Assembly: GCA_024137785.1 (NCBI GenBank)
Contig: JAHRHZ010000026.1
Coordinates: 33,458,312 to 33,522,311 of the forward strand
Length of the DNA: 64,000 bases
Origin: Ginglymostoma cirratum
Taxonomy: Eukaryota
Direction: 5' to 3'
In this document: positions 52,791-64,000 of the stretch, piece by piece
Layout: each line of letters begins with the position of its first letter
Numbering within the stretch: position 1 is the first letter of the stretch
Notes under the pieces: model-generated
What the model was told of the DNA's origin: nothing
Database searches by the model: none
The model's input: the letters and a program-made list of their open reading frames with translations, nothing else
Translations under genes and position numbers: made by a program

Positions 52791-53204
52791 GGGACTTTAT
52801 CAAAAGCTTTCTGAATATCTAAATATACTATGTACATCTGGTCTACTTTATTAATTTTGCTCATGATATCTTCAAAAGCCTCAAAACAATTTTATCACAC
52901 AATTGCTCACATGCAAATCCAGACTGACCAAGCTCATTAAGACCATTATCAATCAGGAGTCTATTTAACCCATCCTTTAGAATAGATTCTGATATCTTCC
53001 CTACTATTGATGGAAGGCTAATGGGTCTATAGTTCCCTGTTTTCTTTCCCACTCCCTTCTTAAATAATGGTGTGACATTTGCTACCTTCGAAACCACAGA
53101 GATTACTCCAGAATTGATAGAACTTGGAACGTAATCAACAAAACATCAACTATCTCTATAACTACCTCCTTCAACATCTATTTTGTTTCACTGTTTGAAA
53201 ACTC

Positions 53205-53820
53205 CAAGTCATAGAGTCATACAGCACAGAAACAGACCTTTTGGTCCGACCAGATCATGCCGACCATAATCCTAAACTAGTCCCACCTGCCTGCACTTGG
53301 CCCATATTCCTCCAAACATTTCTTACTCATGTTCTCATCTAAATGTCTTTTAAACTTTGTAATTGTACCTGCATCGACCACTTCCTCATTCCACACATGA
53401 ACCACTCTCTGTGTAAAAAAAACTGCCCCTCATGTCTTTTTTAAATCTTTCTCCTTTCACCTTAAAAATATACCCCCTAGTCTTGAAATCCCCCACCCTA
53501 AGGAAAAGTCACCTGCCATTCACCTTATCTATCCCCTCATGATTTTATGAACTTCTACAAGGTCACCCCTCAACCTCCACACTCCAGAGAAAAGAGCCCC
53601 ACCCTATCCAGCCTCTCCTCATAACTCAAATCCTCCATTCCCAGCAATATCCTGGCAAATCTCTTCTGAACCCTCTCCATCTTAATGATATCCTTTCTAC
53701 AACAGGGCAACCACAACTGGACACACTGCTCCACAAGTGGTCTCACCAATGTTTTGTACAACCTCAACATAACGTCCCAGCTCCTATACTCAAAGGTCTG
53801 AGCAATTTGCAAGCACGCTA
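53205..53820 (-). mobile_element. CR1 LINE, 5'-truncated
   Basis: YKTLVRPLVEQCVQLW...ERVQKRF; tail agtcatagagtcat. Confidence 0.9.
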
Positions 53821-54539
53821 AATGGCAAACGTCCTTCATAAATCAATGGCACGTAGACTAGTTAGGAACATGGCAAAATCAGATGATGGCATTTTATTCT
53901 ACTTGGCTATGGTGAGAGTGAAAACTTTGCTCAATCTATATTCGTGATCTTATTTTCATATCAGACAAGGTCTATGAGCAAAACTTCTGTGTTTCACATG
54001 TGTCCTCTTCAGGTTAGCATGCCCAGAGTGAACAATACCCACTCCCTGTGTATTGCTCGGTGAATAATCCATGGGGCTCCCAGTACACTCATCCCTTTGT
54101 GAAACAGCAGATAGTCTTTGCAGGTTAAAGCACATACGAAGTTCAGAGATAAGCAATGTAATTAACCTTAAATAAATTAGGCTGAAATCAATCTATTAAG
54201 GGTTAAAGTGCACTTACTGTGGTGCTATTTTGTAAAGTCCAGTAATAAAACATTGAAAATCTCTCATGTTACTGAGAGGAGATATTGCATTTGAATAACA
54301 AACTCCCATGGAGTTCAGAGACTTTTACTCAAATTGCTGCATAATAGCTTGATCGATGCAATTGGATTTATTTTAGAGTTACACTTTTTGAATCTTGTGA
54401 TGAGAGGTTGTTAATATTTCAATGCTTCCAGTTTCTACATAAATCTGTCATTGACAGAGGTTATCCCTATAATGGTAACCTCAACATTAAGATTAATTCA
54501 CTCTAGTTAACTCAGTCTATCATTCTCTACTGGCCAGAG

Positions 54540-56435
54540 TCACACCAAGCACAAAGATAGATGATTATGGTCTGTAGAGGCTATCTCCAGGATATCCCTG
54601 CAGGTAGTTCTGAGGGTAGTGTCCTGGACTCAACCATCTTCAACTACTTCACCACTTCCCTTCCTTACATGGGGATGTTTGCTGATGATCGCACAATATT
54701 CAGCACCATTCATGACTCCTCGATACCGTGAAGCATACGTAGTAAGATCTGAACCACGTTCAGGTTTAACAACTATCCTTCATATCACACAAGTACCAGA
54801 CAATGGCCATCTCCAACAAGAGAGAACCTAATTGTCTCACTTTGACATTCACAGAAGCGCTATAGCGCAGAAGGTAGCCTTCGGACCAGCATATCTGCAG
54901 CAGCGCTCGAAATGAGATTCATGATTTACTGCCTGTTCCCCAAATCCTTGCATACTTTCTTTTATATAAATAATCATACAATGCCCTCTTGAATGCCTCA
55001 ATTGAATCAGCCTGCACCACAATTCCTGGAAGTGTATTCCAAACTTAAATTTTCATTTTGTGAAAATGTTTTTTTCATCTCTCATTTGCTTCTTTTGTAT
55101 ATCGAATTAAATCCATGTCCTATTGTTGATCTTTTATGAGCAAGAACAATTTCTCCCTACCTACTGTATCCAGCTCATTCATTATTTTGAAAGTCTCCAT
55201 CAGATCTCCTCTTTCTTTCTTCTCTCCAAAGGAGAACAATCTTAACCTCTCCAAATAATCTTCATTATTGAAGCTTTTCATCCCTGAAACCATTCTTATA
55301 AACTTCTTCTGTATCGTCTCCAACACGTGCATGTCTTGCCCGCAGTATGGCACCCAGAATTGTATGCAATACTCCCGCTGAAGTCTAACGAGAGTGTCCT
55401 ATACCAGTTTAACATCATCTTATAGACTATGCCTTTGTTAGTAAAGCCTATGATGCTGAATGTTTTATTAGCTGCTCTGTACACCTGTCCTGCCACCTCC
55501 AGTAATCTGTGCATGTATGCAACCCTCTCAACCCCCTTTAGAACACACCTCATGTGTTTATATATGTCTGTATATGTTCCTCCTACCAAAGTGCATCATC
55601 TCTCCACTTCTTTGCATTGAAGCACATGTGCAGCCTATCCACCCAATCCATCAGCTTGTCTTTTTGAAGTTCTACACAGTTCTCACAGTTTGTAATTCTT
55701 CTGAATTTTGTATCTAAAATTGTCCCCTGTACACCAAGATCTAGTTTGTTAACACATATCCTGAGAAACAAGTGTCCCAATATCTACCAATTGACTATTA
55801 CTGCCTAACATTACCATTACTGAATTCTCTCACCAACATCTTATTTGATAGAATAGAAACTTATCAGACGAAATAGATGAATGCTGTGGCTACAGCAGCT
55901 GTTTAGCAACTGGGAATCTTGCAGTCAGTAACTCAGCTCTACTCCTCAAAGCCTTCTGACCATTGAAAAGGCACAGGTCTGGAGTGTGATGGAATACGCC
56001 CCACTTGCCTGGAGCAGAGCAGCTCCAGTAACACTCAAGAAGCCCAACATCATCCAAGACTTAACCACTATCCCATCCACCACTTCCAACATTCACTTCC
56101 TCCAGCACCAACACAGGGTCTAACATCTACAAGATACGCTATAGCAACTCATCAAGGCTTCCTCAAGACTACTTTGCAAACTGTGACCTCCACCATCTAA
56201 AGGACAAGGAAAGAGTAGCAAATGCATGGCTCTACTACCAGCTACAAGTTCTCCTGCTGGCTGCGCAGAATCCTGACCACAGGTGCTGGGTGAAAATTCC
56301 TGGACTATCCCATCTGACAGCACTGTAGAAGCCCCGACAACACATGGACTGCACAAGCACCTTGTCAAGGACAATTAGTGATGGGTAATAAATGTTGACT
56401 TTGCCAGTGATGCCCACATCCTGTGAACAAGCTAA
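54540..56435 (+). mobile_element. Second CR1-group LINE split by a CR1 insertion (pieces 54540-54850 and 55805-56435)
   Basis: GSVLDSTIF...GMFADD in the first piece; KAQV.SVMEYAPLAW and shared tail in the second. Confidence 0.7.
54855..55790 (-). mobile_element. Old CR1 LINE
   Basis: LETIQKKFIRM...RGDLMETFKIM; DLGVQGTI. Confidence 0.8.
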
Positions 56436-57436
56436 GAAAACATACACTTACATTAACACACTCCAGCCAGCTTTGAATGTGTTGTGTGGCGAAGCAAAGC
56501 ATTCATTGATTTCTCAGAAGGAATGCTGTGGTTCTCCATTTTGACATGCTAAATAGGTAGATGGGCCTTACTCATGAAACATCACTCAGTATCTGCAATG
56601 CCTCTTAGTCTGTCAGATGGTGCTGCAATAGATAGTTTCGTCAAAGTGTGACATCTCTTGTTTGGGATAATCAAATGATACAATAGAGGCAATTGCATAG
56701 GTCATTCTGAGTTTGTACAATCTGGTCACTGTTAGAAATGCTGCCTGAAAATGTTTTAATCCACTACCATTTTCCTCAATGACTAAAATTTTAAAAATCC
56801 ATAATAAAAATGGAGAATTGTTTTAAACATTTTGAATTTTGCAATGATGCGGTGAATTTTTACAATAAATTGGATTTGTATGAAAATATTTATATAATAA
56901 CTACCATTTGAACATTAATATGGATTTATTTGCATTGGACTTGCCTAGGTTTGTGGTTCCGCAGAGGATCAACGTGACCTACTCAGATCTCAGTTTGTTG
57001 AGTGAATTGTACATGGTCCACCCAGGGCTCATTTTACCTCTATTTTAACCACCTTTGCTCCACACCCCTTGATACTTTACTCAATAAAACTCCTTCATCC
57101 TCCTGAAAATGTCAAATGGCCACCAGCATCGAGCGCATTTGAGAGGAGTGTTTTACAACACTTTGTGCATGTAAAACATGTTGCCTGATGTTATGTGAAT
57201 GACCTCACCAGTGCCTCATTTGAATTTCTTCTGCAGCAGTTTTTCCCATTTACAGTCGGTGAGCTGAACTCCGGCAGTCCAGCCTTAGTACATGCAGGTT
57301 TCCAAATGACCCAGGAAGAATCATGTATAATTCCCGGATATTTCTCCACACCTCTTGCATTAGCTCAATAGCTTTGCTTCAAACAACAGCAAGCGGACAA
57401 ATTTTAGTTTTATGATAAACAGGAGGAAATGAATGA

Positions 57437-57630
57437 GGGAGCAAATTACTGCAGATGCTGGAATCTGTACTGAAAACAAAAAGTGAAGATCACAGCAGGT
57501 CAGGCAGCATCCATGGAGGGAAAGCAAGCTAATATTTTGAGACTAGATGACACTCTATTTAGACTAGAAAGGTTAGCTTGCTTTCTCTCCATGGATGTTG
57601 CCTGACCCGCTAAGCATTTTTTGTATTCAG
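57437..57630. mobile_element. Palindromic PLE-derived insert (divergent family)
   Basis: Inverted arms; TSD aaatgaatga/aaataaatga at 57427-57436 and 57631-57640. Confidence 0.75.
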
Positions 57631-57649
57631 AAATAAATGACTTCTTATC

Positions 57650-57970
57650 ACCAAAGATCCTCAGACAGCACCTTCCAAACCCACAACCACTTTCATCTAG
57701 AAGGACAAGGGCAGTAGACATATGGGAAGACCACCACCTCCAAGTCACTCACCATCCTGACTTGTAAATATATCGCCATCCCTTCACTGTCGCTGGGTCA
57801 AAGTTCTGGAATTCCCTCCCTAATGGCATTGTGGGTCAACCCACAGCAGGAGGACTGCAGCGGTTCAAGAAGGCAGCTCACCCCCACCTTCTCAAGGGCA
57901 ACTAGGGATGGGCAAGAAATGCTGGCCAGCCAGTGACACCCACATCCCACAAAATGAACGGGAAAAAAAA
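57650..57970 (+). mobile_element. Second CR1-group LINE 3' end
   Basis: Well-preserved tail ...ctcaagggcaactagggatgggcaagaaatgctggcc...aaaaaaaa. Confidence 0.82.
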
Positions 57971-58361
57971 CCACACAGACACACATGGTATAATGATGGG
58001 TAATCAGACAGGGAGGTTTTAAACAAGAAATCAAGAGATACAGGGGGAAAGTACTGTTTTGCCTCATTATCACTTGAAGCCTTCTTGTTAATAGAACTAA
58101 AGTTGAATCTTGGAAGTCAGTCATGACTTGTTAAGGGAAACTTAGAATGGAAAAGTAAATGCAGGGATGGAGTAGATTGTGCAAAGATTGTTTGGGTTCA
58201 GACGGGAGTCGCTGACCTAATTAAAAATTAAGCTTGCAATCAACAAAATATAGTCTATTGTATCTCTGCAACAATATATTTAGTCCAAGGACAGTGATAG
58301 TATTTTTTTTTGAGACTATTAGGATCACCTCATCTTAGATCTTACGTCCTTGATCTACCTC

Positions 58362-58398
58362 AGCTCTGAGGAAGGGTCACTGGACCCGAAATGTTAAA
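58362..58398 (+). ncRNA. Minimal hammerhead ribozyme (family B)
   Basis: CTGAGGA-A-GGGTC ACTG GACCC-GAAA-TG-TT. Confidence 0.68.
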
Positions 58399-58490
58399 TC
58401 TGCTTTCTCTCCACAGATGCTGCCAAACCTGCTAAGTTTTTCCAGGAATTTCTTTTCTTCTTTCTGATTTCCAGCATCTGCAGTTTTTTT
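58362..58490 (+). mobile_element. Short PLE-derived insert (family B)
   Basis: Starts just before the CTGAGGA core; homologous to 19181-19277. Confidence 0.82.
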
Positions 58491-59629
58491 CTTTTTTTTC
58501 TACCTCCTTTAATTTCTTTAGTTATTCTCCCCACCAGTTCTGCCACATTGTCTGCCATAGGTACACCCATTGTGACAATCAATATTGACTCTTTCAGACC
58601 CATATATATACCTCTCCCCAAGTTTTCTTTTAAACTGTAACTATCAATGCTAAATATTTGTGTATATAATTTCATTTAGCATTATCATATCTTCCTCACC
58701 AGATCTCTGACTTTACATGTTCAGACACTCTCAAGATTTCACTATTCTGTCTAAATGTTTGATCTTCAGATTTGGAAGGACAATAGTTTGCTGGATAGAC
58801 ATTCTTCCTGATGGTCTGAGGTTCTCTCTGAACTAGAGAGCCCTTAATCTCTTGGATTTCATTAGCCAAGGATGTCATCCTTACTAGGCACTCAATTTTT
58901 ATCTTTGTGGTATCCTGAATCTTTAAACATTGAATATCTCTTCTTATTAGTGTCTTCCATGAAGTTGTACACACCAGATCTTCAACCTATGTCAGTGTAT
59001 TTTTGGTTTTAATCCATCTCTGGTATAGTCAATAGTGTTACTACTTCAATTTGATCTCCAGACTGGACTTGCCCATTCACCCTCAATAATCGAGCTCCTG
59101 GAGAAACTAACTCCATTCCCTCAACTCCATTAGTTGTAGATTCATTCTTGCTTGATGTGATCTCCATTGTTGTTAGTGGAGATTACCCTGAGGAAAACAG
59201 GGAGGGCAGATAATCTGCTTCAACTCATCTCTCCTTAGTAATCTCAGCACGTTGGCTCAGAATTGAATGTATGCCCAGTGAGCTCAATTATCTCAGTAAA
59301 GGTTGTACTGTTCACCGGCAGTCTCTTTACCTGTGTTTCCTTGCAACTCTTGTTGGCTTGCGAATCTGAAGACTGTACTGATAGAAGTGCAGAACATTTC
59401 CACCAAACTAATATAATCACAGCCTTCCATTTCACTGATGGTACGATACAAATTTCTTATTTTAACACAATTAACCTCCATGAATCGAGTCTTAGTTTAG
59501 GGTCCACCATATGTTTATAAAGTTCTATAAAATCTTCTACCAATTATTCCTCGATGTCTTATCTCCTCCACATTTTGAATATGATTGAGAAAAGTACATA
59601 GCTTTCTACCCAGGAGAGGGAATTCCTCA

Positions 59630-59810
59630 ATGATTTGATTTGATTTATTGTCATTACACGTACCTAAGTACAGTGAAAAGTTTTGTTTTGCCTGCAGTAC
59701 AGGTGGATTATAACATACAAGGACATACAGGGTGCTTGAACAAAGCGAGGCACACAAAGTTACGGCTGCACAGGAGGCATACCAAAGCAAGATCAACAAC
59801 AATGTGAAGA
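59630..59810 (-). mobile_element. Rex1/Babar 3' tail nested in the Gypsy relic
   Basis: Reverse complement of ttttcactgtactt.ggtac..gt.a..acaataaatcaaatcaaatca. Confidence 0.65.
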
Positions 59811-60399
59811 ACATATAGATTTTCTAGTACTTGGCATTCCGTATGTTACTGAGCTGCTGTAGCATATCTTAAGTGCTCTGCCTTCTGGGCCATGCAGTTG
59901 TATTTCTGTCAGCTCTACACAGTGTTTTCCCAACGAAAACTCACCATCTGATAATATTGTGACACTTGTTCCAGCGCCTAATTAGAAATTTGTGAGGTGT
60001 CCATTGAAGTATATACCTATTTACCAAGATAATAGGTCTGGGTCACCTATTCTTCCTGTGAAAACCTGGAGTTTGCCTTCTATTGTAGATTGTTCTACTT
60101 CATTAATTACGTCATATGGCAGTTCTTTATTCTTTTGCTTTTCTATGGACTTGTTTTAGCACATTTTTAAAAGTGATCTATTGTCTTACAATAAAAACAT
60201 TTGGTTCCAAATCTTGGTGCTGTTGATGCCTGTGAGGTTTATTTGTTTCACAGTATGGGGAAGGGCTTTCAGAGGCTGGTGTCTGTTCTATTGGCTTATC
60301 ATGTGTGGCTTTTGTGGTCTGTGTCTTAAGAGTCGAATGGATTTTGATGATCTCCTCTACGAAGCTTGATCTTCTTTTCTCAGGATTCATCTGTGTTGT

Positions 60400-60742
60400 T
60401 TCATAGAATCCCTACAGTGCGGAAAGAGACCATTCGGTCCACTGAATTTTCACTGACCCTCCCAAGAGCATCACACTCAGACCCAGCACCCTATCCCAGT
60501 AACCCTGCATTTCCCATGGCTAACCCACCCAGCCCGCACGTCCCTGGACACTATGGGCAATGTCGCACGGCCAATCCACCCGACCTGCACATCTTTGGAC
60601 TGTGGGAGGAAACCGGAGCACCCGGGGGAAACCCACACAGACTCGGGGAGAACGTGCAAACTTCAGACAGACAGTTGCTCAAGGGTGGAATCGAAGCTGG
60701 ATCCCTGGCGCTGTGAGGCAGCAATGCTAACCGTGCTGCCCG
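60400..60742 (-). mobile_element. HE1-type SINE nested in Gypsy gag
   Basis: Full head, core and tail. Confidence 0.9.
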
Positions 60743-61471
60743 TACCGTTGCTTCACTCACCATCTGAATTTCTGTCTTAAAAGTCAGGTCTTCTTTGGAC
60801 TGAAATAAATCTGGCAAAGATTTATCAATAATACTCACAACAACTGAATCTGTAATGAATTGTGACTTTAAGTTACCATGGCCACATCTCTCCTTGAGTC
60901 TGTAAGGCCATTAATGATACCTACGGATTCCCCTGAATGTTGAACTCCTACTTGTTTTAAGGTTGCAATAATTGTCAAAGGCTTTCAGTACATCTTCAAA
61001 TATATCTGTCGTTTCATTGTCCCCCTTGGTGAATTATATCCTCATCTGCTTTATTCCCATTTGTCTACAGATTATTTACTTGTTCAGCCTACGGATCATG
61101 AACAGCAATAAACCATTCAGATACGTGAGCCTATTCTGCCAGTCAATTAGACTATGAATTTTAACTCACTCAATCACTTTGTATGGCGATTTACCTTGAT
61201 TCTGTAACCCTTATAGTCCTTGAGACACTGAAAGTCTTGTTTCCACTATAGCCTCAAACACTCTAGTTTCTGGTCTTCATTGAGATGGGCACCTGCAGAT
61301 GCCAATCCAACATGGGACATATGCAGAGGGGGTGAGGTTAATTCACTCTACCTTTTCCAGCAAATTCATGCTAAAAATCTACTCTGCTTCCGTTTCCCCA
61401 CATCTCATCATAAACGACACAGCAGGGATCACAACGTGAAATCACAAAAGAGACAACTATTCAAGGTGTCC

Positions 61472-61585
61472 GAGATAAAAGGTACTGCAGATGCTGGAGA
61501 ATCCGAGATAACAAGCATGGGGCTGCAGCATCATAGGAGCAGGAAAACTTGACGTTTCGGGCCTAAACCCTTCATCAGAAATGAA
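61472..61585 (-). mobile_element. Short PLE-derived insert (family A)
   Basis: 14-bp TSD tattcaaggtgtcc at 61458-61471 and 61586-61599. Confidence 0.9.
61548..61581 (-). ncRNA. Minimal hammerhead ribozyme, intact core
   Basis: TT-CTGATGA-A-GGGT TTAG GCCC-GAAA-CG-TC-AA. Confidence 0.78.
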
Positions 61586-61654
61586 TATTCAAGGTGTCCA
61601 GTGCCCAAACAACTAACCAAACAGTGGGTAATGACTGTCCTGCTCTATCTCTCT

Positions 61655-62100
61655 GCTGTGTCTCACTTGAGGTGCACTTCACGTGAATCAGAAGATTGGG
61701 AGTTCAAGCCCCAGTCCAGGATCTTGAGTTCAGAAACTTGGGCTGACATTCCAGTGCAGTACTGAGGCAACACTGCGCAGTTGGAGGTACCATCTTACAA
61801 AAGAGAAGTTAAACAGGGGTTCAGTCTTTACTCGCAAGCCATACATAAAAGATTTCAGTGGAACCACTTTGAAGATGACCAGGTGAGTGCCTTGACCAAT
61901 ATCTATCCCTCAATCGACACCACTGAACCGATTGGCCCATCATTATTACATTGCTGTCTGTGGAGGTTTGTTGCGTGTAAATTGGCTCTAGAATGGTGAT
62001 TACACTTTGAATAAACTTCAAAAGCAGTTCATTGCCCACAAGACACTTTGCGAAATCATGAGATTGTGAAGGATACTGTACATTTGCAGGACTTCCTTTT
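61655..62100 (+). mobile_element. Deu-type SINE (SacSINE1-like)
   Basis: gagttcaagcccca B box; ggctgacattccagtgcagtactgagg; gaccaatatctatccctcaa. Confidence 0.75.
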
Positions 62101-62711
62101 TGTTGTCTATTTAACAGGATGATATAAAATCTCCGATTATGAACTCTACCTTGCAGCAGGGTCAATGCTAGGAGCTTTAGCCTTGATGATGGACATTCAA
62201 GTAACTCAAAGGGTAATGGTTGTTTGTATCTTGAATATGGAGGAGTTCACCTAAACCCCTAGTTTTCTCAAAATCAACCCAACAACAGCAGACCCAATCG
62301 TAACTTTAGGCTCCCATTATAAGCCAATTCCTTGGAAGTGTTCTGCAATGCAAGGCTGGCAAAAGCAATATCCAGCCAAATTATGAGCTGTAACAAGATA
62401 CAAAGGTTCACCATTAATGCAGTGTAATGATGCTGAAACATGTCAGCAATTTCATTTCATAATTCATTTTGTCCAAATGAAAATATTTCTTTTTAATCAA
62501 AAGTTTTAAATGGAATGCTAGCTTCTGTGGGGGTTGAGTGACATCTGACAACCAAATAACATAATCTGACAGTGTGTTAATAAATAGATGTGCAGTTTTG
62601 TGAGATGGAGCCTCGTGTAAAATCATTTCTGACCCATAAAAGCAAAGACTCGGGTTTATGTTACTAATTTACAACCTTAAATTTAAGTTTCAATTTCCAA
62701 TTTTCAATTGA

Positions 62712-63057
62712 TGGCACAGTAGTTAGCACTGCTGTCCCACAGCACCAGGGTCCTGGGTTCGATCCCAGCCTCAGGCGACTGTCTGCGTGGAGTTTGTACA
62801 TTCTCCCCGTCTCTGTGTGGGTTTCCGCCAGGTGCTCTGGTTTCCTCCTGCAATCCAAAGATGTGCAGTTTAGGTAGACTGGCCATGCTAAACTGCCCGT
62901 AGTGTCCAGGAATGTGCAGGCTAGATGGGTTAGACATGAGGTATGCAGGGTTATAGGGATCAGGTAAGGGAGTGGATCTAGGTGGGATACTCTTCTGATG
63001 AGTCAGTGTGGACTAGATGGGCTGAATGGCCTGCTTCCACACTGGAGGGATCCTATG
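62712..63057 (+). mobile_element. HE1-type SINE
   Basis: gttagcactgctg..cacagcaccaggg..ctgggttcgatccc; CR1-like tail. Confidence 0.9.
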
Positions 63058-63179
63058 AAATAATTGTGGGCTACATACTTTCAGAACAGTTCCAAAGAAG
63101 GCATGACTTTCAACTCTTCAAGTCCAATGAATGTTAAACTAACAAATTAAAGTAAGTTATTAAAGTAAGCATCATCATT

Positions 63180-63540
63180 GATTTTTCTTTTATTCTTTGA
63201 CAGGATGAGGATTTCACTGGCCAGGCCAGCATTTATTGCCCATTCCTAATTGCCCAGAGGGCAGTTAAGAGCCAACCACATTGCTGTGGGTTTGGTGTCA
63301 CATATAGGCCAGAACAGTTAAGGATGGCAGTTTCCTTCCCTAAAGGGCATTTGCGAACCAGATGGGTTTTTCCAACAATCGGCAATGGATTCATGGACAT
63401 CACTAGATTCTTAATTCCAGATATTAATTGAATTTAAATTCCACCATCTGCCAAAGTGGGGTTTGAACCCAGGTCTCCAGAATGTTATCTTGGTCTCTGA
63501 ATTAGCCGTCCAGCAAAAATGCCACTGGGCCATCGCCTCC
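63180..63540 (-). mobile_element. tRNA-derived SINE of the 29712-30067 family
   Basis: Reverse-complement homology over the full length. Confidence 0.85.
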
Positions 63541-64000
63541 CCTCTATTGACTCCCTCCTATCCTGATCTTTGAACTGAAAATTAAACTTACAGCATCCAA
63601 ACAATCATCAAATTAAAGTCAGAGATACTATCTGCCACACTTCGCGAAGTAAACTGAACTTGAGGTGTCAATGCCCAATTAAATCATTCCTGAGGGTAGC
63701 GTGATGGCACAACACATTGTAACACCAGAACACAGCAGAACTCCAGCCTGACCAACTGTGTCATTCTGTTCAGATGTAGCTGGGGAAGTTGTAAAGAAAC
63801 CAGTTGGCAACTCACACTCTCAGACCATGTAGGGTAGCACAGTAGCGCTGGCAAAGGGCAGGAGCAGGTGCATTCAGTAGCACTGTGACACAGATAGATC
63901 AGGCAGCAGCAATGAAGAGAGAAGCAAAGTCAACATTTGACCAGCTTGAGCGTTCTAATGAAAGCTTCAGTTCCATCAACTCCAAGTGCTCACTATTATT

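Larger units (their letters stand above)
58180..61310 (-). mobile_element. Highly decayed Ty3/Gypsy element (gag, zinc knuckle, protease, traces of pol, PPT, probable 3' LTR)
   Basis: Gag FEDVLKAFDNY..GESV..YRLKERC..GNLKSQFITDSVVV; CFYCKTIDHF knuckle ~60160-60199; NGHLTNF*LGAGTSVTILSD; PPT-like aacttggggagag ~58612-58625. Confidence 0.7.

Noticed and set aside
58500-59435. Possible env-like third ORF in the Gypsy relic (hydrophobic start KWKAVIILVWW, N-X-S/T sites)
   Set aside because: It starts at GTG and is broken by stops; segments such as IELTGHTFNSE fit decayed RT (I.FLGH.IS) and integrase C-terminus better.
1-64000. CRISPR arrays, operons or other prokaryotic systems
   Set aside because: The window is eukaryotic repeat-rich DNA; the recurring short motifs are dispersed PLE termini, not regularly spaced repeats.

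Overview
Repeat-dense vertebrate DNA, almost certainly from a shark or other cartilaginous fish (HE1-type V-SINEs, Deu-type SINEs, HER1/CR1 LINEs). No host protein-coding gene is recognisable; the window looks intronic or intergenic, and nearly all listed ORFs are transposon fragments, antisense reads of them, or N-gap artefacts. Content: many CR1 LINE pieces (one young copy with a nearly intact RT at ~49.5-51.2 kb; one old copy fragmented over ~27-36 kb by nested insertions), Rex1/Babar, RTE, L2 and a second CR1-group LINE, two decayed Ty3/Gypsy relics plus a TSD-flanked solo LTR, a Harbinger-type Myb/SANT pseudogene with an intron, and three lineages of Penelope-like elements (PLEs). The most striking signal is a swarm of about 15 short PLE-derived inserts. 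Many are palindromic and flanked by target-site duplications (TSDs), most carry a minimal hammerhead ribozyme motif (CTGANGA-stem II-GAAACGT), and several are truncated just upstream of the ribozyme core. Boundaries of old repeats are approximate and family names come from motif recognition, not database searches.
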